DNA of 64,000 nucleotides from an uncultured Gammaproteobacteria bacterium (GTDB lineage Bacteria; Pseudomonadota; Gammaproteobacteria; JACCXJ01): NCBI GenBank assembly GCA_963764725.1, contig CAVXTM010000007.1, positions 54,819 to 118,818 of the forward strand, read 5' to 3'. Shown piece by piece: positions 56,573 to 64,000 of this stretch (position 1 is its first letter; each line of letters starts with the position of its first letter). The notes under the pieces were generated by a model. It saw only the letters and a program-made list of their open reading frames with translations, ran no database searches and was not told where the DNA came from. The position numbers and the translations under genes were made by a program.

Positions 56573-58149
56573 CGCGGGTGCTCATCGCCGAAGCGATCGC
56601 GCCGGACGGCATTGCTTACCTTAGGTCGCGTCCCGGGATCGAAGTGGATGCTCCCAGCGGATCGGATTATGCCGATCTCTCCGCACGGCTCCAAGGTTGC
56701 GATGCCTTGATTGTGCGTAGCGCGACGCGCGTGACCGGGGCGCTCCTAGCCAAAGCGCCGCGGCTCAAGGTGATTGGCCGGGCGGGGATTGGGGTAGACA
56801 ATATCGATGTCGGGGCGGCCACCGAACGCGGGATCGTGGTGTTGAACACCCCAGATGCCAACGCCACGACCACTGCCGAGTTAACGGTCGCGCATCTCTT
56901 GTCGCTCAGTCGCCATCTCCCGCAAGCCGATCGATCCGTGCGCGCCACGGAGTGGAAACGAACCCAATTCATGGGCACGGAGGTCGCCGGCAAGACCATA
57001 GGGATCATCGGCTTCGGCGCCATTGGGCGGGTGGTAGCGTCACGCTGTCTCGGGCTCAAGATGCGCGTCATCGCTTACGATCCCATGGTGACGCACGAGG
57101 TGATGCTGCACGAAGGCGTCGAAGCGATCGCGCTCCAGGAACTGCTCGAACAATCCGACTATGTGAGCCTACATTGTCCCCTCAACGACAAGACTCGCGG
57201 TCTCATCAACGCCGAGCGCTTGGCGCGCATGCGGGGGGGCGCGCGGCTCATCAATTGTGCCCGCGGCGGCCTGGTTGACGAGGCGGCGCTGCTCGAGGCC
57301 TTGGACAAGGGGAAGCTCGCCGGCGCCGCGTTGGACGTCTTTGAGCGAGAACCCCCGCTCGGATCACCTCTCATCGAACATCCCAAAATCGTGCTAACAC
57401 CACATCTTGGCGCCTCCACGGCTGAGGCTCAAATCGCTGCGGGTCTCGCCATCGCCAAGCAAGTCGCGCAATTTCTGGAAACCGGAGAGGCGATCAACGC
57501 AGTCAACCTACCCCGGATCCCGGCCGAGGATCTAAAGCGCTTGCACCCTTATCTGGCGCTGGCCCGCCGCCTCGGGAGGGTGCTGGCGGCCTTAGCCTCG
57601 CAGCCCTTGACCCGGGTCGAGGTTACATTAAGGGGGCGCGCGGCCGAGCTCGATTCGCGGCCGCTGTCAAGCGAGCTCCTGGTCGGTCTACTGGAAAGCG
57701 AACTCTCAATCCCGGTGAATCGCGTAAACGCGTGTCATCTCGCGCACCGTCAGGGGATCTCGCTAGTCGAAAGCCGCTCCGAGGAGACCGAGGAATATGT
57801 GTCGCTAATCACCGCGGCGGGACACTACGACGGCGGATCAACCTCGGTCGCGGGCACGCTGATCGGTGACAGACACCCCCGTCTGGTCCGCATCGACGAC
57901 TACGAAGTGGAAACCGTGCTCGAGGGGACCTTATTAATCACGCGCCACGAGGATCGTCCAGGCGTGATCGGGGCCTTGGGTACCTTGCTCGGCCAGGATA
58001 ATGTCAACATTTCACGCATGCAGGTCGGCATCGCACAGGGCCCCGAGGCGATCGCGGTGATCGGGATCTCGCGGCCGTTACCGCAAACGACGCGCGATCG
58101 AATCGCGCAACTCCTGGCCATCCACCAGGTATTTCAAGTGAGTTTGTAA
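56569..58149 (+). CDS. serA: D-3-phosphoglycerate dehydrogenase (long form with ASB/ACT domains)
   Basis: GRAGIGVDNID, GFGAIG, INCARGG, TPHLGAST, HEDRPGVIG...NISRMQ. Confidence 0.95.
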   Translation: MTRVLIAEAIAPDGIAYLRSRPGIEVDAPSGSDYADLSARLQGCDALIVRSATRVTGALLAKAPRLKVIGRAGIGVDNIDVGAATERGIVVLNTPDANATTTAELTVAHLLSLSRHLPQADRSVRATEWKRTQFMGTEVAGKTIGIIGFGAIGRVVASRCLGLKMRVIAYDPMVTHEVMLHEGVEAIALQELLEQSDYVSLHCPLNDKTRGLINAERLARMRGGARLINCARGGLVDEAALLEALDKGKLAGAALDVFEREPPLGSPLIEHPKIVLTPHLGASTAEAQIAAGLAIAKQVAQFLETGEAINAVNLPRIPAEDLKRLHPYLALARRLGRVLAALASQPLTRVEVTLRGRAAELDSRPLSSELLVGLLESELSIPVNRVNACHLAHRQGISLVESRSEETEEYVSLITAAGHYDGGSTSVAGTLIGDRHPRLVRIDDYEVETVLEGTLLITRHEDRPGVIGALGTLLGQDNVNISRMQVGIAQGPEAIAVIGISRPLPQTTRDRIAQLLAIHQVFQVSL

Positions 58150-58162
58150 TCCGCCGGGCTGT

Positions 58163-58846
58163 ATGGCGGCGCGTGCCGGGTTCGAGGTTATTTTTTTCGA
58201 TTGCGACAGCACCTTGAGCACGATCGAGGGCATTGATGCGCTCGCGGCGCGCGCGGGCCGCGAGCATGAGATCAGCGCGCTCACGCATGCGGCCATGGAC
58301 GGGGAACAACCCCTCGAGTCGATCTACGGCCGGCGCCTTGAGACGCTCCGGCCGGACCGCCAGGCGATCGCCTGGTTAGGAAATCAGTATGTGGCCGCGA
58401 AAGTGCCGGGAGCGAGGGCGGTGGTAGCCGCATTGATCTCCCTCGGCAAAGAGGTGCATATCGTCAGCGGCGGGATCCGCCAGGCGGTCGTGCCGCTCGC
58501 CGCCGTCCTCTCCATCCCTCTCGCGTGCGTGCATGCCGTGGATGTGTTTCATGATGCGTCCGGTAACTACACCGGTTATGACGCATCCTCGCCCCTGACG
58601 CGCTCCAGGGGCAAGGGTGCCGTTTGCCACCGCGTGGCAAAAGGCCGCCGTGGGGCGATCGTCGGGGACGGGATCACGGATCTCGACCCCGCCGCCTACG
58701 GTATCTTCACCGTCGGTTTCGGGGGGATAGTCCGGCGCGAAGCGGTGCAGCGCCGCGCCGATGCTTACGTCGCCGGTCGTGCCTTGACCGGGGTGCTGGA
58801 GTTTCTCCTCACCCGCGAAGAATTTCAGCGACTGCCGACAGCGTAA
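58163..58846 (+). CDS. serB: HAD-IB phosphatase, probable phosphoserine phosphatase
   Basis: FDCDSTL...EGID, TxxAMDG, VSGG, GDGITD; operonic with serC and serA. Confidence 0.8.
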   Translation: MAARAGFEVIFFDCDSTLSTIEGIDALAARAGREHEISALTHAAMDGEQPLESIYGRRLETLRPDRQAIAWLGNQYVAAKVPGARAVVAALISLGKEVHIVSGGIRQAVVPLAAVLSIPLACVHAVDVFHDASGNYTGYDASSPLTRSRGKGAVCHRVAKGRRGAIVGDGITDLDPAAYGIFTVGFGGIVRREAVQRRADAYVAGRALTGVLEFLLTREEFQRLPTA

Positions 58847-59392
58847 CTAAAAATGATAGCTCAATCGCACTAAATGGAAATTGATGCCGGGGTTAGAATC
58901 GCCGATCCCGGCATTGGATAGATGCTGATACCGGTACCCAATCTCGTATCGGCCCTCGTGCCCGAAGCGTATACCGGCCCCCCCAAGTGATCCGAAAGCG
59001 AATTCCGTATCGAAGTTCTTGTCCCCAATCTCGGTATCCGTCATGCCGTGGACGCCGACGGCCGCTTCTAGATAGGGCAGTACGCCATAGATCGGCGTTT
59101 GTGTCTGCCAGCGAAAGACCGGTGTCAAGCCAAACTCCCCCAAGGAGTCGTTACCGGTAAGGCCATCGTCCCCGTCCCAGTAACTGGCGCTTAGCTCCCA
59201 GTACCCGCCGAGATGCCAGTCCCCCAACGGCAGCCATTGCACCCCCCAATCCCATTGCAACGCCATCCCGTACCGGTTAATCCCGTCATCACCGCTGCCG
59301 CCTTCGACTGCGACGGCATCGAGCGCGCATACAGGCTGAGAGCTGATACAGGCCGCCAAGCCGGCCAAAGCCGCGAATTTTCCCGCGCGCAT
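58847..59392 (-). CDS. pagL: Lipid A 3-O-deacylase (PagL family) outer-membrane protein
   Basis: Signal peptide, beta-barrel pattern, YQHLSNAG...NPG catalytic motif, terminal Phe. Confidence 0.85.
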   Translation of the reverse strand: MRAGKFAALAGLAACISSQPVCALDAVAVEGGSGDDGINRYGMALQWDWGVQWLPLGDWHLGGYWELSASYWDGDDGLTGNDSLGEFGLTPVFRWQTQTPIYGVLPYLEAAVGVHGMTDTEIGDKNFDTEFAFGSLGGAGIRFGHEGRYEIGYRYQHLSNAGIGDSNPGINFHLVRLSYHF

Positions 59393-59680
59393 AGGGTTTA
59401 TCCTCGTTCTTTTCCTCATACGCTACAACAAAATAGAATCGTTGCAAAGGTCCATAGCTTCACTGGAAAACCACCCGGTATAGCGCCGACGGGTGCGCTC
59501 TTGCAGTTCCGCTCGAGATCCTGAGCTATCGATAGCCGTGAGCACATTGAGATCCTGTGGCGTAGCGATTGCACCTACGGGTCATACGCCAACTCGCTGT
59601 CGGGATCTTGTCAGAAGCTAAGGACGGCTTGCCTGAACCCTCGGCGCACCGGCGCACTTGTTGTCCGAGGGGGATACGAG

Positions 59681-60025
59681 ATGGCTCTAAAAACGTGTGA
59701 GTCCTTAAAGCGGTCCCGAGATGTGGAACCGCGCCCGTTGTGCATGCTATGCCTTATCCTGCTGATATGCTGTAGCGCCAAGACCAACGCCGAGCCTCTC
59801 GATTTAAGTAACGGATCGGCTTTTTCGTCCAGAGAGAATTCAGACGCCGCGGAGGATGGGGTGCTCGCGCTATTGCCGGGATTCGTGAAAGAGTTCTTGC
59901 GCGATGGGATCAGCTACCGATTGAACCGCTATCAGAGCTTGAAATTAGACCTCCTCGGCGCCGCGGGCACCGGTGATCCGGAATTCGGTCAAGTGCTTTT
60001 GCAGTGGTGCGTAGCGCTGGACTAA
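59681..60025 (+). CDS. Hypothetical protein, possibly exported
   Basis: GAGGGG RBS and a hydrophobic segment; no family recognised. Confidence 0.45.
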   Translation: MALKTCESLKRSRDVEPRPLCMLCLILLICCSAKTNAEPLDLSNGSAFSSRENSDAAEDGVLALLPGFVKEFLRDGISYRLNRYQSLKLDLLGAAGTGDPEFGQVLLQWCVALD

Positions 60026-60080
60026 CGCGCCAAGGTGGTCGGCTCGCAGTCCCTCCCGGTTCGGTTTGCGATCTATGATA

Positions 60081-60981
60081 TTAGGGGTCGATGAACCTGC
60101 GGCTCAGATCGCTGTAGGCATCGATGCGGCGATCGCGCAGGAACGGCCAGTGCGTACGAGCTTGCTCCGTCTGGCTGAGGTCGATCGGCGTGACGAGAAT
60201 GGTTTCCTCGGCAGCCGGCGCGCGCGCGAGCACGGCCCCGCTCGGCGCGGCCACAAAGCTTTGTCCCCAAAAATCGATGCCATGCCCGGAGGATGCTCCC
60301 GGCGTCGGCTCGAACCCCGTGCGGTTAACCGCCACGACGTAACATCCGTTGGCAATGGCGTGGGCGCGCTGCGAGATCTCCCAGGCCTGGTGTTGTTGTA
60401 CGCCGTAAGTCTCGTGTTCCTCCGGATGCCAACCGATCGCCGTGGGGTAGAATAAGATCTCCGCGCCGCGGAGCGCCGTCAGCCGCGCGGCCTCGGGGTA
60501 CCACTGATCCCAGCAGACCAAAACACCGAGGTGGCAGCGCGAGGTGCGGAAGGCGAGAAAGCCGAGATCCCCCGGCGTAAAGTAAAATTTCTCAAAATAA
60601 CGCGGATCGTCGGGAATATGCATTTTCCGGTAGGTCCCAAGGGCCCGCGGTCCGCGTCGATCACCGCCGCGGTGTTGTGGTAGGACCGGGCGCGCGGCGT
60701 TCGGAAAGGGCTCACGATCACGACGATCTCGAGTTCCTTTGCCAGCGCCGAGAACGCTTCGGTCGAGAGGCCCGGCACCGGTTCGGCCAAGGCAAAGAAT
60801 CGGTGCTCCTCGGTCTGGCAGAAATAGCGGGACCGGATAGCTCCGGCAGACAGACGATATCGGCGCCTTGCCCGGCTGCTTGGCGCGTCATCGCCAGAGC
60901 CTTGGAAAGGTTGGCGCTCGGATCGTCGCCGCAGCGCATCTGGATGAGGACACCGAGATTGAGGGTCTTGATGGGATGCAC
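60081..60981 (-). CDS. Carbon-nitrogen hydrolase (N-carbamoylputrescine amidase-like), frameshifted
   Basis: Across three frames: IVCLPEL, YHNTA, MHIPDDP...EKFYF, VCWDQWYPEAAR, YPTAIGW, WPFLRDRR. Confidence 0.8.
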
Positions 60982-61004
60982 CGGGGGCTTATCTGGCTCG
61001 GCGA

Positions 61005-63000
61005 TCAGTCCACTGGCTTGTAATAAGTGCTTTGCGGGAAGCACTCCATGTATTGCTCCAGGAGCTCCACGCCGGCCTTGGGGCGAGTCATCCCCTTCTC
61101 GATCTTTTGGCGGATGAGATTATTCATCCGGCGGTGGAGATCGTTCGGGAAGTATTGAACCAAGGCTAGCTGGTCCTGGATCGAGGTGCCCGGTATGATC
61201 TTCTCGATGTAATAACCCGCGGGCTCTTCGGCGTCGGCGTACACGTGGGCCTCGGCGACGCGGCCGAAGAGGTTGTGCGAATCACCCATTATGTCTTGAT
61301 AGGCGCCCATGAGGAAAAACCCGAAATAGTAAGGTTCCTTACCTACGAGATCATGGACTTCGAGAAACCGCTTGTCGGAATTCGATGAAACGTAATGAGA
61401 TACCTTGCCGTCCGAATCGCAGGTGAGATCTACGAGCACGGCGGCGGCGGTCAGGCCGTTCATTCAAAAATCGCAACGGCATGATCGGGAATCCTTGGCC
61501 TATCGACCAATGATCGAGAATGGACTGAAAAACCGAAAAATCGCACAGGTATTGATCCACGAGATGGTCGTTGAGCGCGAGCAGTTCAGTGGGAACCGAC
61601 TCCGGCGCAAGGCGCCCGATCCGCTCGTGTATCGCCTTACAGGCTGACCAATACAGGCGTTCGGCCAGTCCCTTTTCTTCGATCGGGAGATACCCTAGAC
61701 CGAACAGGTATCCGCTTCCTGGCGTTTTTCGACCGCGTCGTGGAAAGCCTCGCGCAAATCCGATAACTGCCGCTTGTCTCTGCGATTGGTGGCGTCTTTT
61801 ATTCTGTCGAGAATTTCATACAGTTCGCGAACCGTCGGGTTGATATCCGTCGGTGGGTAAATGCAGGATCCAGGAGGTCCTTGTTATAACTGCCTAGCGC
61901 CTCCACCATCAATACCGAATGATGCGCCGTAATGGCCCGGCCGCTTTCCGAAATTAGGATCGGATGCACCACCTGCTCATCGTCGCAGACTTCCTTGACG
62001 GAGTAGACCACCGCGTTGGCGTATTCTTGCAGCGCGTAATTGACACCATCGTGATCGCCCGAATAACCCGCGCCGTAATTAACCCCCAGCCGCCGCCGAC
62101 ATCCAGGTACTGAAGGGGTACGCCACGCTTGAGAAGCTGGGCGTAAACTTGGGTGATTTCCTTGACGGCTTGCTTGACGATCTGGATATCGGAGATCTGG
62201 CTTCCGAGGTGGAAATGCAGCAGCACCAGCGCATCGGTATGATTGGTTTCTTTCAAGCGTTGAATCAGCATGAGCAGCTCTGGAATCGAGATCCCGAACT
62301 TCGATTGATCGCCGCCCGATTCAGCCCATTTCCCGGATCCGCTGGTCCCGAGACGTACCCGCACTCCGCAGCGGGGCCGCACGCTCATTGCCTGGGCAAC
62401 GCGCAGCAGATGCTAATTTCCCCGGACTTCTTATGACCGGGATGACGTTTTGACCAATCTGCTGGCCGGAGAGGATGAGCCGGAGCATCATCTCGTCTTT
62501 ATAGCCATTGCAGATCAGTAGCGCCCCGTCCTGGTCGAGATGGGGAAGCGCCGCCACCAGCTCCGCCTTGGATCCGCTTTCGAGTCCCATCCCATAGGCG
62601 CGCCCAGCCTCAAGCACTTCCTCTACGACCTCGTGTAATTGGTTGACTTTTATTGGATATACGCCTTGATACCGGTTGCGGTATCCGGAATCACGGATGG
62701 CCTTGATAAAGACCTTGTTCAAGCGTACGACACGGGCTTGGAGGACATCCTGGAAGCGAATCAAAGCTGGGAAAGAAACATTACGCTGCCGCAGATCTTG
62801 GACCACAGCATAAATGTCGATCGACAGGGACTGTTGCTGCAGCGGTCTGACCGCGACGTGACCGTTCTCCTTGATGAAATAAAACGAATCACCCCAGCCT
62901 TAACGCGGTACAATTCCTCCGCATCCTCGACGGTCCAGTCAGCACGTCCGTCCGCGGCGGCGGCATCAGTCGTTGACTCGAGATCTTTGACGGAACGCAT
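61005..63000 (-). CDS. speA: Biosynthetic arginine decarboxylase, multiply frameshifted
   Basis: Across frames: GVYPIKVNQ, CNGYKD, SGGDQSKFG, HFHLGSQI, DVGGG, SESGRA, DLTCDSDG, GAYQDIMGDSHNLFG. Confidence 0.9.
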
Positions 63001-63015
63001 AGCGATTCCTCGGTC

Positions 63016-64000
63016 TCAGTCGTTATGCTTTAGCCGCAGTTCGCCAGCACGCAGGCGAAGATGAGTGGCGCGACGATCGTGGCATCCGACTCGATGATAT
63101 ACTTTGGTGTATCCACCGCCAATTTCCCCCAGGTGATTTTCTCGTTTTGGAACGGCGCCCGAGTAGGACCCAAAGCTGGTCGTCGAATCGCTGATCTGGC
63201 AAAAGTAACCCCACCGCGGTATGTCCTTTAGCTGTAAATCCTGTTCCAACATGGGCACGACGCAGATGGGAAAGTCCCCCGCGATTCCGCCGCCGATTTG
63301 GAAAAAGCCGACGGAATGCTCGGCCGCAGTGCTCTGATACCATGCCGCGAGCGCGATCATGTATTCGATCCCGGTGCGCACGGTATGGACGTTTCTATAT
63401 CCTTTCGAATGCAGTGCGCGGCGTAAACGTTGCCGAGCGTAGAATCCTCCCAACCGGGAACAAAAATGGGCAGGTTTTTTTGTGCTGCCGCCAGCAGCCA
63501 ACTGTCTTTGGGGTCGATTTGATATGCAGCTTTCAAGCGCTCTCCGCGAAGGATGCGATACAGAAAATCATGGGGGAAACGTTGCCGGCCGGACTGGTCA
63601 GCCGCGGTCCATTCGCTAAGGACCGCGGCCTCGATACGCCTGATTGCCTCATATTCCGGAATACAGGTGTCGGTAACGCGGTTTAAATGGCGTTCCAAGA
63701 GTGAACATTCGTCCGCGGGGGTCAAGTCGCGATAGTGGGGAATACGGACGTAGTGCTCATGGGCCACGAGGTTGAAAAGGTCCTCTTCTAAATTCGCGCC
63801 CGTGCAGCAGATTGCATGTACCTTACCGCGGCGGATCATCTCTGCCAGCGACAGGCCGAGCTCGGCCGTGCTCATCGCGCCGGCGAGCGTAATCAGCATG
63901 TGCCCGCCTCCCTCCAGGTGCTTGTTGTAACCCGCGGCGGCATCCACTAATGCGGCGGCATTGAAATGCCGAAAGTGCTGCCGTATAAAGCGCGCGACGG
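63016..64000 (-). CDS. Deoxyhypusine synthase-like protein, frameshifted; 5' end at or beyond the window edge
   Basis: FRHFNAA, LAGAMSTAELG, TGANLEED, PGWEDSTLGN, IGGGIAGDF, SYSGA, ESDATIVAP. Confidence 0.85.

Noticed and set aside
60081-64000. Pseudogenisation or programmed frameshifting of the amidase, speA and DHS-like genes
   Set aside because: Many small indels cluster in the last ~4 kb while catalytic motifs stay intact. Low-coverage sequencing error is more likely; reads are needed to decide.
1-64000. CRISPR array, tRNA or rRNA genes
   Set aside because: No regularly spaced identical repeats, cloverleaf or rRNA-like sequence noticed by eye. The palindromes found are attC sites or the MITE-like element.

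Overview
GC-rich gammaproteobacterial chromosome segment (inferred from the polA-LOG-DUF2782-proA-nadD-rsfS-rlmH and rpoH/ftsY/M16-M16-rsmD-coaD-ggt backbone) with several accessory blocks. (1) A ~7-kb cargo block between diverged 111-bp direct repeats. (2) A 5.4-kb transposase-less element with 28-bp terminal inverted repeats and a 6-bp target duplication. (3) A lower-GC exopolysaccharide locus whose Wzc has a duplicated repeat+HTH N-terminal extension. (4) A chromosomal integron (intI, attI, five cassettes). The strongest signal is in the integron. attC2 is split at its R'' AAC by a 2.5-kb element encoding a tyrosine recombinase and an IS91-type HUH transposase. Its two ends, rejoined, rebuild an attC-like hairpin, suggesting a self-mobile attC-mimicking cassette. 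The same attC is also hit at its R' GTT by an IS1182 element. The array ends in an IS481 remnant and a collapsed type I R-M locus, followed by serC-serA-serB, pagL and a frameshift-rich polyamine cluster (probably sequence errors). All calls come from reading motifs by eye; no database searches were run.
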